NCBI GenBank assembly: GCA_965219455.1
Contig: OZ244744.1
Span: 3,168,001-3,232,000, forward strand
Direction of reading: 5' to 3'
Length of the DNA: 64,000 nt
From: Candidatus Latescibacterota bacterium
GTDB lineage: Bacteria > Latescibacterota > UBA2968 > GCA-2709665
How positions within the stretch are numbered: position 1 is the stretch's first letter; each line of letters opens with the position of its first letter. The notes beneath the pieces are model-generated. The model ran no database searches. It worked only from the letters and a program-made list of their open reading frames with translations, and was not told where the DNA came from. Of the stretch, positions 20,475-30,797 are shown one piece after another. A program made the translations under genes and the position numbers.

Positions 20475-20851
20475 GGGCAACCACAAGGGTTGCCCCTACG
20501 CGGTACAGGGTATACAATTTCCAACCAGATCGGATGAATGATCGAAATTGTAGGGGCGCCCCTTGTGGGCGCCCGCCTGCCTCAGTCGGAAATGCCACGA
20601 CCATAGAAACCAGGGCAACCACAAGGGTTGCCCCTACACGGTACGGGGAATACAATTTACAACCGGGTGCAATGAATGATCGAAATTGTAGGGGCGTCCC
20701 TTGTGGGCGCCCGGCGTTTCGGCGAAGCAATGCGTGTCTGAACATAAACCAAAGCAACCACAAGGGTTACCCCTACACGGTACGGGGTATGCAATTTCCA
20801 ACCAGATCGGATGAACCATCGAAATTACAGGGGCGCCCCTTGCGGGTGCCC
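20475..20851. repeat. Tandem REP array (BIME-like), 3 units of 138-139 bp; right border of the island
   Basis: REP-B at 20475/20613/20752 and REP-A at 20550/20688/20827, with a conserved ~50 bp linker. Confidence 0.9.
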
Positions 20852-20891
20852 GGCCTTCCGATTATCTTTTTAGAAAAACGGAGGAGATCCG

Positions 20892-21896
20892 ATGCCCGAG
20901 TCGATTCTGAAACTACTGGATGAGGGGGCGGTGCTGGGCGACGGGGGGTACCTGCTCACCTTGGAGAATCGAGGCTACGTCCAGGCCGGTCCGTTCACGC
21001 CGGAAGTGACGATTGAAAACCCCAACGCGCTTCTGGCCCTGCACGAGGAATTCCTGCACGCCGGGGCCGAAGTCCTGCAGGTGCTCACGTTTTACGCCAG
21101 CGAAAACAAGCTGGCGCAAATCGGCTACGCCGGCAGGCTGGAAGAAATCAACCGCGCGGCCGTCAGAATCGCGCGGGAGGCCGCCGGCGACAGGGCGCTG
21201 GTTGCCGGGAATATCTGCCTGACCTGGAAGTACCCGGAACGGGAGGACGAATGCCGGCGCCTCTTCGATGACCAGATTGGCTACCAGATGGCCGAGGGCG
21301 TCGACTTCATCATCGGCGAGACGTTCCTCCACGTGGGCGAAGCCCTCATCGCTCTCGAACGGGCAAAAAAAACCGGCCTTCCGTCGATGATCACGATGGC
21401 CTTCGAAGGCCCGGACACACGCGACGGAAAAACCCCGGGAGAGGCCGCGCGGATGCTGGAAGGCGCGGGCGCCGACGTTGTGGGCGCCAATTGCTGGCAG
21501 GATCCCGCCTTTATGCTCCCCGCCATCGAACAGATGCGGGAGGCGGTAACCTGTCACGTGGCCGCCCAGCCGGTCGCCTATCGATGCACGCCCGAAGTGC
21601 CGTTTTTCACCGGGCAGCCCGGCTTTCCGGACAAACTCGACCCCTCCAAGATCACCCGCTATGAAATGGGCGATTTCGCCAAAGCAGCCCTGGACCGAGG
21701 CGTGAATTATATCGGCGGATGCTGCGGATGCGAGGGTTCCCATATCCGCCAGATGGCGCGCGCCATCGGCAAAATGCCCGCTGAAGAGCGCGAGTGGGCC
21801 GCGGACTACCAGCAACCCCAGTCGGCCACGGAAGCGTACAAAGAAATCCGGGAGCCATCCGGCAGTGCTCCCGGGGAGATGAACAGAACGCGATGA
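20892..21896 (+). CDS. Betaine-homocysteine S-methyltransferase-like protein
   Basis: GDGGYLLTLENRGYVQAGPFTPE, TFYASENKL; Zn ligands in GANC and YIGGCCG. Confidence 0.9.
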   Translation: MPESILKLLDEGAVLGDGGYLLTLENRGYVQAGPFTPEVTIENPNALLALHEEFLHAGAEVLQVLTFYASENKLAQIGYAGRLEEINRAAVRIAREAAGDRALVAGNICLTWKYPEREDECRRLFDDQIGYQMAEGVDFIIGETFLHVGEALIALERAKKTGLPSMITMAFEGPDTRDGKTPGEAARMLEGAGADVVGANCWQDPAFMLPAIEQMREAVTCHVAAQPVAYRCTPEVPFFTGQPGFPDKLDPSKITRYEMGDFAKAALDRGVNYIGGCCGCEGSHIRQMARAIGKMPAEEREWAADYQQPQSATEAYKEIREPSGSAPGEMNRTR

Positions 21897-21921
21897 TACG
21901 TTAAAGCCCGGCCTGGCGGGT

Positions 21922-22686
21922 TCAACCGGCCCGCCACTCCCAGCAGGTCACCCGGTAACCCTGTCCCTTCAACGCCACGGCCCCGACAAAGCCGTTCCCG
22001 GGCTCCAGCGCCTTCAAAAACCACTCTGATGAAGCCACCGGATTGTCGTTGATACGCAGCAGCGCCGCGGGTGATCCGGGCGCCAGCGAAACTTCGAATC
22101 CATCCAGCGGACATGCAAGCCCCGTTCCCAGGGCCTTGATATACGCCTCTTTACGGGTCCAGCAGTTGAAGAACGCCTCGTATTGGACCTCCCGGGGCAG
22201 CGCCCGGATCGCGGCGACTTCACCGGGAGCAAAATAACGCCCCGCCAGACGGAGGTGCTCTTTCACCGCACGGATGCGTTCCACGTCCACGCCGATTTCC
22301 CAGGCCCGGACCACCGCCAGGAGGGCGAGTTCGCCGGTATGGGAGAGGTTGAAGCGCACGGCGTCCCCGTCCGAACCCCTCTTCAAAAACGGCTTACCCC
22401 GGGATTCGTAGCCGAATTCCAGCCGGTCCGGTGCCAGGCCCACGTACCGACCCAGAATCCTCCTGAGGGACGCCCGGCCCGCAATAAAACGCGCCCGGTG
22501 TCTGTCAAAGACAAACCGGGCGGCGCGCGCGTGCTCGTCTTCGGAAAGCACGTGCTGCATCTCTTGAATCTCTGGTGCCGGCCGGTCCAGATTCATGCGC
22601 CAGACCTGAATCTCGTCGTCCGATGCCACCGGATGTTCAGGCGGCTGAAGCCAGATTTCGGATGCAGACCGGTTGAAATGACTCAC
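21922..22686 (-). CDS. Sfp/HetI-type 4'-phosphopantetheinyl transferase
   Basis: [25 protein letters not shown]; GTG start overlaps the upstream stop. Confidence 0.92.
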   Translation of the reverse strand: MSHFNRSASEIWLQPPEHPVASDDEIQVWRMNLDRPAPEIQEMQHVLSEDEHARAARFVFDRHRARFIAGRASLRRILGRYVGLAPDRLEFGYESRGKPFLKRGSDGDAVRFNLSHTGELALLAVVRAWEIGVDVERIRAVKEHLRLAGRYFAPGEVAAIRALPREVQYEAFFNCWTRKEAYIKALGTGLACPLDGFEVSLAPGSPAALLRINDNPVASSEWFLKALEPGNGFVGAVALKGQGYRVTCWEWRAG

Positions 22687-24671
22687 GGGGGTGTACCGCC
22701 GTTCAACCGATTCACAATCGCCTCCACGTCGTAGACGCATCCCCCCCAGGTTCCGCCGCCCACGTTCTGAAGGGCCGCCCATAGCCGGGTATCGTCAGGA
22801 AGATCCGGGTCGGGCGCCAAATCGGAACGCGTGGCTCGGTCGGCCAGAATCCGACGGCCTTCTTCAGGTCCAAAACGGGTCTCGCCCACGCCGACAAAGT
22901 GGATGCTTCCCGAGAGTTCCTTCCGGTCGATCACGATTTCCACGATGTCTCCGTCCTTCAACTTGCCGATCGGGCCGCCAGCCAGCGCCTCCGGACCGAT
23001 ATGGCCAATGCACGCTCCGGTGGAGAACCCCGAAAACCGAGCGTCCGTGAGCACGGCCACGTGTTTGCCGAAGTCCAGGTACTTGAGCGCGGTCGTGATC
23101 TGTGCAATTTCCTCCATCCCCGCACCCATGGGACCGCGCCCGATCAACACCATCACGTCGCCCGGTTTCACGCCCTTCGGTCCGGAATCCTTAAGTGCGG
23201 CGGCGGCGGCGCGCTCGGTGATGAACACCTTCACCGGACCGGTCATCCGGTAGATGCCATCCGCGTCGACGACCGAAGGGTCGATCGCCGTGCTTTTTAC
23301 CACGGACCCTTCGGGCGCGATATTCCCGGTGGGAAAACAGACCGTGCTGGTCAACCCTCTTGCCCGCGCGCGGTCGGTATCCATAATCACATGGTCCGGA
23401 TCAATTCCGTCCTGAACACGCAACGCCTCCCTTAACCTGGATCGTCGTTCGGACCCCTCCCACCAGTCCAGATTCTCACCGAGTGTCCTTCCGGAAATCG
23501 TGAGCGCGCCAACTTCGAGCAACCCGAGCTTTCGCAGGTGCAGCATGACTTCCGGCACGCCGCCCGCCAGAAACGCCCGGATCGTCGGATGGAACTCAGG
23601 ACCGTTGGGCAGTACGTCGACCAGGCGCGGGACCTGGCGGTTCACGTGGTTCCAGTCGGCCACGGTCGGCCGCGTGAGCCCGGCCGCATACGCCACCGCC
23701 GGAATATGCAACAGCAGGTTGGTCGATCCACCGAACGCGGCATGCGTTGCCATCGCATTGTGAACCGCGGCGTCCGTAATCACGTCGGCCGTGGTGAATC
23801 CCGATGCCTGCATCGCGAACACCGCACGGGCGGACCGGAGCGCCATATCCAGCCAGACCTTCTGGCCCGACGGCGCCAGGGCCGAATGGGTCAGCGCAAA
23901 TCCGAGCGCTTCGGCCACCACCTGTGAAGTCGCCGCGGTGCCCAGGAATTGGCAACCGCCGCCGGGCGAGGCACAGGCCCGGCATCCCAGGTCCTGTACG
24001 TCGGAAATCGTCATCTCCCCGTGCGCCAGCCTGACGCCAACCGACTGTATCTTGCCGGCGTCTTCTCCAATTTCGGGTGGAAGCGTCACGCCCCCCGGAA
24101 CGATCGCCGTGGGCAGCGAATGCATCGCCGCCAGGGCGATCATCATCGCGGGCAATCCCTTGTCGCAGGTTGCAACGCCAATCACCCCTTTTCGGGTGGG
24201 AAGCGACCGGATCAGCCGACGGAGCACCATTGCCGCGTCGTTGCGATAGGCGAGACTGTCCATCATGCCCGTGGTGCCCTGCGTACGCCCGTCGCAGGGG
24301 TCGGAGCAATAACCAGCAAACGGAATGCCGCCCAGACGTTGAATCTCCTCGGCGGCCTCCTGCATCAGCAGCCCGACCTCCCAGTGTCCCGTATGATATC
24401 CCAGCGCGACCGGTTGTCCCTCCGGTCCACGTATTCCGCCCATCGTGCTTAAGATCAGGAACTCGGGCCGCCCCAGTTCCGCCGGATTCCACCCCATACC
24501 CGCGTTCTGGCTATAGCCGAAGATATCTCCGCTGGGCGATTCGATGACGTGCGCTTCCGTCAGGGAAGTCAAACGCCCCTCGGGCCCCGGCGCCCGCGTA
24601 CGAACCTCGTAGATTGATTCGTCGTCGGACTGCAGGATTGCGTCACAGGATGGGATGTTTACCGCCGGCAT
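22683..24671 (-). CDS. YjhG/YagF-family sugar-acid dehydratase (IlvD/Edd superfamily)
   Basis: [46 protein letters not shown]. Confidence 0.92.
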   Translation of the reverse strand: MPAVNIPSCDAILQSDDESIYEVRTRAPGPEGRLTSLTEAHVIESPSGDIFGYSQNAGMGWNPAELGRPEFLILSTMGGIRGPEGQPVALGYHTGHWEVGLLMQEAAEEIQRLGGIPFAGYCSDPCDGRTQGTTGMMDSLAYRNDAAMVLRRLIRSLPTRKGVIGVATCDKGLPAMMIALAAMHSLPTAIVPGGVTLPPEIGEDAGKIQSVGVRLAHGEMTISDVQDLGCRACASPGGGCQFLGTAATSQVVAEALGFALTHSALAPSGQKVWLDMALRSARAVFAMQASGFTTADVITDAAVHNAMATHAAFGGSTNLLLHIPAVAYAAGLTRPTVADWNHVNRQVPRLVDVLPNGPEFHPTIRAFLAGGVPEVMLHLRKLGLLEVGALTISGRTLGENLDWWEGSERRSRLREALRVQDGIDPDHVIMDTDRARARGLTSTVCFPTGNIAPEGSVVKSTAIDPSVVDADGIYRMTGPVKVFITERAAAAALKDSGPKGVKPGDVMVLIGRGPMGAGMEEIAQITTALKYLDFGKHVAVLTDARFSGFSTGACIGHIGPEALAGGPIGKLKDGDIVEIVIDRKELSGSIHFVGVGETRFGPEEGRRILADRATRSDLAPDPDLPDDTRLWAALQNVGGGTWGGCVYDVEAIVNRLNGGTPP

Positions 24672-24794
24672 ACGACTCCTCACACTGGCACGAACACCTG
24701 AATCGGGTCTGCTGTTGACAGGCCCGCGATTCCGGGATAGAAGCGATCTCGTCTTCCCTGATTCACAGGCCCCTGGTGTTGGGCTTCGGGGTGT

Positions 24795-25565
24795 TCATTC
24801 CAACCCCATCGCCCGCAAATTACGCAGACTGATGCCCAGGCTTTCGAACGGGTCTCGCTGGCACGTGTCCTGTTCCACGATGTACCACCGCGTGCCCGCC
24901 GCCGTGCCGGCATCCAGGATGGCCGGCCAGTTCAGGTTGCCCTCACCCACCTCGGCGTAGAGCTGCTCCCGGCCGCGCATGGCCATATCTTTCACGTGAA
25001 CAAGGTCCGCCCGGCCCGCGGCCTTGCGAATCCACGCGGCCGAATCCCCGCCTCCGTGCTGTATCCAGTAGGTGTCGATCTCGAGCTGGAATACCTCCGG
25101 ATCGCTCTCTTCAAACAGGATCTGCAGCCCCGTGCGATCGCCGAATCTCTCCAGTTCAAAACTGTGGTTGTGATACCCGAACGTGAGCCCGGCCGCCGCC
25201 AGCTTTCTCGCTACTTCGGATGCCTCGCGGGCGAACCGTCTGTAACCGTCTCCACCCCCTTCGCGATAGTTCTGGGGAAGCCCACCGATCGCGGGGTATC
25301 TGCATCCCCACAACAGATGTTCGTCGATGACAGCCTGCGTTTCATCCCTCATGCGTTCGTAACTTGTGTGGGTGGCGCAGATATCGAGGCCTTCGCCATC
25401 CGCCAGGTTCTTGAGTTCCAGGGGGCTGATCTCTCCAAATGCCGACACCTGCATGGCGTCGTATCCCAGCGCCTTCACCTTTTTCAGGCTGACCGCGACG
25501 TCCGCGGGTGTTTTAGTGAATTCACGCACCGTATACATCTGCGCAGCCAATACCGTACCGGCCAT
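24795..25565 (-). CDS. Sugar phosphate isomerase/epimerase (xylose isomerase-like TIM barrel)
   Basis: AQMYTVR, GYHNHSFE, EIDTYW, HVKD, VGEG, IVEQD. Confidence 0.9.
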   Translation of the reverse strand: MAGTVLAAQMYTVREFTKTPADVAVSLKKVKALGYDAMQVSAFGEISPLELKNLADGEGLDICATHTSYERMRDETQAVIDEHLLWGCRYPAIGGLPQNYREGGGDGYRRFAREASEVARKLAAAGLTFGYHNHSFELERFGDRTGLQILFEESDPEVFQLEIDTYWIQHGGGDSAAWIRKAAGRADLVHVKDMAMRGREQLYAEVGEGNLNWPAILDAGTAAGTRWYIVEQDTCQRDPFESLGISLRNLRAMGLE

Positions 25566-25830
25566 CTTCGGCTCCTTTCCACAATCGCCAATACATCCTG
25601 TACACGCTTGATTTCACGTACAAAATACCACAGGATCGCCGAACATCCAAGCTAAGTTTTCCCAGAAGAGGCCGCAAGCCGCTCTGCGACAGCCGGAACC
25701 ATTTTTGACTGGTTTTTTTCCGAAATCACTGTATTTTTAGTTCGTAGTTTCCGCTCCCCAATCCCTCCCCCGTATTGCACGATCCCCCCTGTTTCAACCG
25801 AACCCGCTTCCCTCTCAGAGGAGCCCGTTT

Positions 25831-28095
25831 ATGTCCGAATTGCAACACGCGACAACGCAGCAGGAGCACCGCAACCGGACGCTGCTGGACGGTTCGCGAT
25901 ATCTGTCCGAAACCGTTACGTCCGAAGTTCTGCCACTACGTATCGACATCCGGCATACCGAGACATTGACGGAGACACAGGTCAACATTTTCACTGCCCT
26001 TCAGATCGATGCTGCCCGCACGGCCGTGCGTTCGCTGGCTTGCCTGGCCGAAATCGGCGAAGCGGATCACCTGGGCGGCGGCATCGGACTGATTCCCCCA
26101 TTGCTGCTCACCCTCGCGGTGGTCGACTTTGAACGCATCGAGTATACCATCGAACACGCCCATACCAGCGTCGGATATTATGCCGCGCTTTCCGCGTTGG
26201 GATTTGTCGAACCCGAACACGTCGTTTCCGACTTTCGCCGCGGCCTGGATCTTCCAGGCCACGTTTCATGGCTGTCGGGGGGCACGCAGATGAACGGCGG
26301 CCGCCTGGGTGTGATGATTCCCGTTGCGGTCGGCAACGCGCTGGGTAAACGCGGCGCCTTAGGCGGCGGATGCTGGGTGGTTGCCCACTGCGGAGACGCC
26401 GGCTGGATCTCGGGCCAGGCCCTCAACGGCTTCAACGCCGCGCAGGTTCACGGCGCGCCCGTCACGTTTGTGATGGACCGGAACGGCATCCAGCTTTCCG
26501 GCAGCACCCGGAGTATTCTTGACCGGGATCCCCGGTCCGTCATCGGCGCCATGGGCGTCGAAATCCTCGAAATTCCCACGCTCCACGATCCCGCCGGCCT
26601 TTACAGGGCGTACCGCGACGCGTACGTTCTCGCGCAGGAAGGCCGCCCCAGTCTGATTTATCCCGTCGGCTTCCGGTCCCGGCACGGCAGACGGATCGAC
26701 CTGTCGCATTTCGGCGAGTACCACGGTATTCTCGAAGAGGTCGAAGTCTTCGCCGCACGGCACGATGTGCCTCTGGACCATGAGATCTGGGTTCCCGGAT
26801 CGCTGATGAGTTACAGGGACGTGGAACCCATGCTGGAGTGCCTGTTCCTGGTGAACGAGCTCCCCGGCGGCGCCGGCCACCACGACGGGGGCATGAAGGG
26901 CCGAAACGAAGCGGACGTGCTCGCCAATCCCATGTTCCGGGCGACGCCCGGCCAGGCGGAAGCGCTCGAGAATCTGAAATCGCAGCCGGCGCACACGGAA
27001 ACAACCCACGCTCGACCCGCGCCCGGAAGCCCGAACCTGGTTCTGCCTGAAGGCGCGCTGGAGAGCGTCTCTTTGCCCGGTCCGGGTGAAATGAAGAGCG
27101 CCCGCGACGGCTCGGAAGCGGGCTACGCGCTCGTTGCGGAAACCTTTCCCGAAAAGGTCTTCGTGGTCAGTTGCGACCTGGACGCTTCCACCAAACTGGC
27201 CAAAGCCCGAAGCCACCTTACCAAAAATCACCAGTTCGAAATCAGTATCGAAGAACAGGCCGCGACCCTCATCGCCAACGGCCTGGCCACCAGTACACCG
27301 AACCCCCAACTGAACGTGGTGTCCACCTTCGCGGCGTTCTTTGAAGGCATTGCCCGCGAAGGCTTCGACATGTGGCAGTACCAGCGTAACCTGACGGGCG
27401 TAAACGAAGGCCTGAACGTGGCCTTTCATCTCTCTCACGTGGGCGCGTGTACGGGCCGAGACCACTTCTCCGGCTGGGGCCTGGACTGGATCAACGTGGG
27501 CCTCAACTACCTTCCGTACCTGCACCGGTTCTACGCCCCGTGCGACGCCCGGTCGGCCTTTCTTGCCGTGATCGATCTGGCCGCCAACTATGGCGGGCAC
27601 ATCATCGGTATTCCGCGGGACAACCTGCCCGTCCTCGAAAAACAGGACGGATCCGGCCCCCTCTGGGAGCCGGACGAGGAATGGCAACCCGTCACATCCT
27701 GCCGGTCATTTGCCGGCGCCAGGCGCGCGATCCTGGCGTTCGGCGCGCCGGCCTTCCTGGCTGCGGAGGCCGCGGACCGGCTGAATCAACGGGACGTAGG
27801 CGTCGACGTATACATCGTCAACGGCCTGCCGGTGCCGAGTGGACGCGTCGAATCGTTGATTTCGCGATACGCGGAGGGTGTCGTCACGATCGAAGACGGT
27901 AAGATCGGCACCCCCGATACCGGTCTCAGGGGGTTTGCGGGCCTGGTGGCCACCGCGGCTTCGTCCCGTGGCATTGCCCATGCGCACGTTGGCCTGACCG
28001 ATCCAAAAATCGCTCCGTCCGACGGGCATATGGAAACCTGGGCGCACTTCGGCATCACCACCGATGCGCTGGTCGACGCGGTTGAAGGGCTATAG
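25831..28095 (+). CDS. Transketolase-like ThDP-dependent enzyme (fused domains, divergent)
   Basis: GDAG...DRN ThDP-like motif, LPGH, CDLDAST, IEEQA, STFAAF, VVTIED. Confidence 0.8.
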   Translation: MSELQHATTQQEHRNRTLLDGSRYLSETVTSEVLPLRIDIRHTETLTETQVNIFTALQIDAARTAVRSLACLAEIGEADHLGGGIGLIPPLLLTLAVVDFERIEYTIEHAHTSVGYYAALSALGFVEPEHVVSDFRRGLDLPGHVSWLSGGTQMNGGRLGVMIPVAVGNALGKRGALGGGCWVVAHCGDAGWISGQALNGFNAAQVHGAPVTFVMDRNGIQLSGSTRSILDRDPRSVIGAMGVEILEIPTLHDPAGLYRAYRDAYVLAQEGRPSLIYPVGFRSRHGRRIDLSHFGEYHGILEEVEVFAARHDVPLDHEIWVPGSLMSYRDVEPMLECLFLVNELPGGAGHHDGGMKGRNEADVLANPMFRATPGQAEALENLKSQPAHTETTHARPAPGSPNLVLPEGALESVSLPGPGEMKSARDGSEAGYALVAETFPEKVFVVSCDLDASTKLAKARSHLTKNHQFEISIEEQAATLIANGLATSTPNPQLNVVSTFAAFFEGIAREGFDMWQYQRNLTGVNEGLNVAFHLSHVGACTGRDHFSGWGLDWINVGLNYLPYLHRFYAPCDARSAFLAVIDLAANYGGHIIGIPRDNLPVLEKQDGSGPLWEPDEEWQPVTSCRSFAGARRAILAFGAPAFLAAEAADRLNQRDVGVDVYIVNGLPVPSGRVESLISRYAEGVVTIEDGKIGTPDTGLRGFAGLVATAASSRGIAHAHVGLTDPKIAPSDGHMETWAHFGITTDALVDAVEGL

Positions 28096-28314
28096 TGTTT
28101 TCAACTGCGGAGGATATGCAACTGGCGGGGTGGGCGGAACTGGAGGCAGGGCGATTCGAGGGACGCCCAAAGATTGGCGGGCGCGTATTCTACAACGCCG
28201 TCGGGGGTAATCACGGACCTGATATCGCGTTGTTCATCGCTCGCGACAGACTTCTCGCGACACGCGCGGTCATTCCGCTTCGATCCGCTACCCGCAATAC
28301 GTCCTTTCCCACGG

Positions 28315-29640
28315 CTAAAAGATCCGGTAACTCAGACCCATATTGAAACTCTGCCGGGAATCTTCGCCTCGAACAACGCGAAAGGATTCGGATAGCGTCA
28401 TGTTGAATTTGTTTTCAATGAAAAAGCTGAGCGCAAAGGAAATATTCGTACTTAATTTGGCTTCTTCTTTTTCCCGCTTCTGCGCACGGATTATTTTCAG
28501 TGCCGCGAACCGGATCCTGTTCGTCACTTCATAGATGAAATCCGTCCTCAGGCGCAGGTTGTACCCCCTTCCGAAGGCCTTGGAAAACGGCGTATCGTAG
28601 CTGAGGTCGGTGTTGATCTGCGTACTCCAGCTGATCGGGTGGGAGTATCGAAAATTGATCAGCAGACCGGGCGGCCGCCGGTCCTGGTCATCGTAGGGAT
28701 TCAACATCTGAAACTGCACGCCCGTGGTGATGTCCCAGCCATAGAATCTCTTGCTGATCTGCTCCTGCGTCAACACTTCCTGTATCCGCACCAGGCCGAA
28801 TCCGATCTCGTCTCCCAGAACCCTGCGAGACTTCCTGATCTCGGCCAGCATGTCTTCGAACCAGTAGTTTTCGTACCGGTCTCCATGCAGTTCCTTGTAC
28901 TCTCTTTCCCTATCGATGATATGCGCCAGTTCAATCATCGTTTCCTTGGAGAAATGATCGCCGATGATGCCCTCCTCCAGGAAAAAATCCTCGATCCGCA
29001 CGGCTTTTCGAAGCGCGGTCGCGTCAATAAACCGGCCATGGCCGAAGCCCAGCGTCATCTCGATGTTGGGTCGATCGTATGTGGTATCGTAGTCCGAGTC
29101 CGTGCCCCACGAATAGAAGAAGCTGCCTTCATGCCGGTGGTATTTCTTCAGATTTGTCTTCAATTGGGTCAGGGCGTCGCTCTCCATTTCCTTGTTTATG
29201 ATCCTGAACAGGCCCTCGCCGATTGCGTCAACGGAGTAGGCGTACGGAAGCGACTCGTAGAACTTTTTGTAGACAACGATCACGTTACCATTCTGAATTA
29301 CGGTCTCGTCACCCTGGGTTGTGTAGTTGAAGCTGAGCGCGTCGACGCGCAGGTTATGCGCCCGGCTGACGGGCACCACGTAATCGGTGATCGATACGTT
29401 CTGCGCCGATACGTTCGAAACCGCGAACACGCTGATCGACGCCGGACTCACCAACAGCATCCGGAACAGGAAACGAACGTATCCCACCGGAAAACATGAA
29501 GACCGCCCCGGCATTGTCCTTCGCTTCCGATACGGCAGTCTCATATTGCACTCTGGTGCGAAACCGTGGCCGAAACGCGTCGCCCGGTCCACGATCACCT
29601 TCAGTATCTGATCTCGCCTTGCTCCTGTGTTTCCTGTCAT
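28315..29640 (-). CDS. Hypothetical protein, probable outer-membrane beta-barrel (start may be near 29460)
   Basis: Signal-like MLLVSPASISVFAVSNVSA; amphipathic strands; C-terminal GLSYRIF. Confidence 0.6.
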   Translation of the reverse strand: MTGNTGARRDQILKVIVDRATRFGHGFAPECNMRLPYRKRRTMPGRSSCFPVGYVRFLFRMLLVSPASISVFAVSNVSAQNVSITDYVVPVSRAHNLRVDALSFNYTTQGDETVIQNGNVIVVYKKFYESLPYAYSVDAIGEGLFRIINKEMESDALTQLKTNLKKYHRHEGSFFYSWGTDSDYDTTYDRPNIEMTLGFGHGRFIDATALRKAVRIEDFFLEEGIIGDHFSKETMIELAHIIDREREYKELHGDRYENYWFEDMLAEIRKSRRVLGDEIGFGLVRIQEVLTQEQISKRFYGWDITTGVQFQMLNPYDDQDRRPPGLLINFRYSHPISWSTQINTDLSYDTPFSKAFGRGYNLRLRTDFIYEVTNRIRFAALKIIRAQKREKEEAKLSTNISFALSFFIENKFNMTLSESFRVVRGEDSRQSFNMGLSYRIF

Positions 29641-30410
29641 CGCTCGGTCCCCCTGTCCTGGTCTGAGGCATCGGCCTCGGAATCCATATCCGGTGAATCG
29701 GATCGCTCCATCAAGAAAGAAATGTCGTCGTAATCGGCCTTCACGTGCGCTTTCGTGTTGTCAGAATCCGTAAGCACGGCAACGGCTCCAACGAGCCGGG
29801 GGTCGCTACCGAAAAGGCGTTTGTAGTCTTCATAGGCGTTGACTTCCTCCCAGATCCATTTGCCCATCCTTCCCCGTCCGGATTGCAGGACGATCACTTT
29901 TGTATCCTTGCTGGCCGGGCTTTCCATCTCGGCACCCACCGGCAGCGTCGAGCTCCACACATACTTTAGCGTCTTGGGGATATATCGGCCCTTGAATACC
30001 AGCCTCACCGCCGCCGCGCTGTCGTTTGTGTTCTTGTGGGTTTCATTGCCGTCTGCCGGAAGGCTGTGCACCCGCCACCGCCACCTGAGCATTTTAAAGA
30101 CACGCAGGTTGATTCTTACGGGGCGGCCCGCATTCGTGGCCCTGCCGACGGTTTCGGCTCTCAGAAAGTGATCGCCGCCCTCTGCCTGGATCGTGTAATA
30201 CAGATCCTCTTTCTTCTTTGTTTTCTTCTGGCGCCAGCCCACCCTTCCTTCCCAGTTCCCGGGAAACCGCCCGAGTTGTTCGGGGTACTCGAATCGTTCC
30301 AGAATGAGAATGGAATCTCCCGAAGGCGTATAGAAATTCGGCGGCGGATCGCCCGCGTACGCCGACGATCCGATCAGAATCCCGACGATGATTTTATGGA
30401 TTCGTCTCAT
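29637..30410 (-). CDS. DUF3047 domain protein (exported)
   Basis: Signal peptide; LRWRWRV, DSAA, LKYVWS, GKWIWEEVN, LTDSDNT. Confidence 0.8.
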   Translation of the reverse strand: MRRIHKIIVGILIGSSAYAGDPPPNFYTPSGDSILILERFEYPEQLGRFPGNWEGRVGWRQKKTKKKEDLYYTIQAEGGDHFLRAETVGRATNAGRPVRINLRVFKMLRWRWRVHSLPADGNETHKNTNDSAAAVRLVFKGRYIPKTLKYVWSSTLPVGAEMESPASKDTKVIVLQSGRGRMGKWIWEEVNAYEDYKRLFGSDPRLVGAVAVLTDSDNTKAHVKADYDDISFLMERSDSPDMDSEADASDQDRGTER

Positions 30411-30578
30411 AGGTGATTGGGTAAATTTGACTTCACGAAACGCCGCTGAACCGGGAAATCCGCAAGAGATTTGCAAGGGTTCCGGACGACCCGGTTATAG
30501 CTCACTGCGTGTTCAGGAAATATAGGAAATAGACTCTTCATGGTGTACAAAAAAGCCCGGAACGACCGGGTTCCGCGA

Positions 30579-30632
30579 CCCTTCGACCCTTCGACAGGCT
30601 CAGGGACCGCAAGCTCAGGGAGCGGCTCAGGG
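30579..30632. repeat. CCCTTCGACAGGCTCAGGG-type intergenic repeat
   Basis: cccttcga twice and gctcaggg three times. Confidence 0.55.
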
Positions 30633-30641
30633 TACAGGCAT

Positions 30642-30676
30642 AAAGATACCGTCACAGAACTCGTTTCTGTGACGGT
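30642..30676 (-). terminator. Hairpin, putative terminator
   Basis: accgtcacagaa-ctcgt-ttctgtgacggt. Confidence 0.5.
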
Positions 30677-30797
30677 GACCATACCCTTCCCCATCATACA
30701 ACGGTCGCAACGCCAATTGAATTATGGAAAGTGCCGGCGCAGGGGCGGGAATGGGTTGGATCAGCGCGGACGCCGCCGCAAAATATCAACTACTGTG

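Noticed and set aside
20475-20851. CRISPR array
   Set aside because: The repeats are paired REP palindromes (~100 bp blocks), the spacers resemble other REP spacers, and there are no cas genes.
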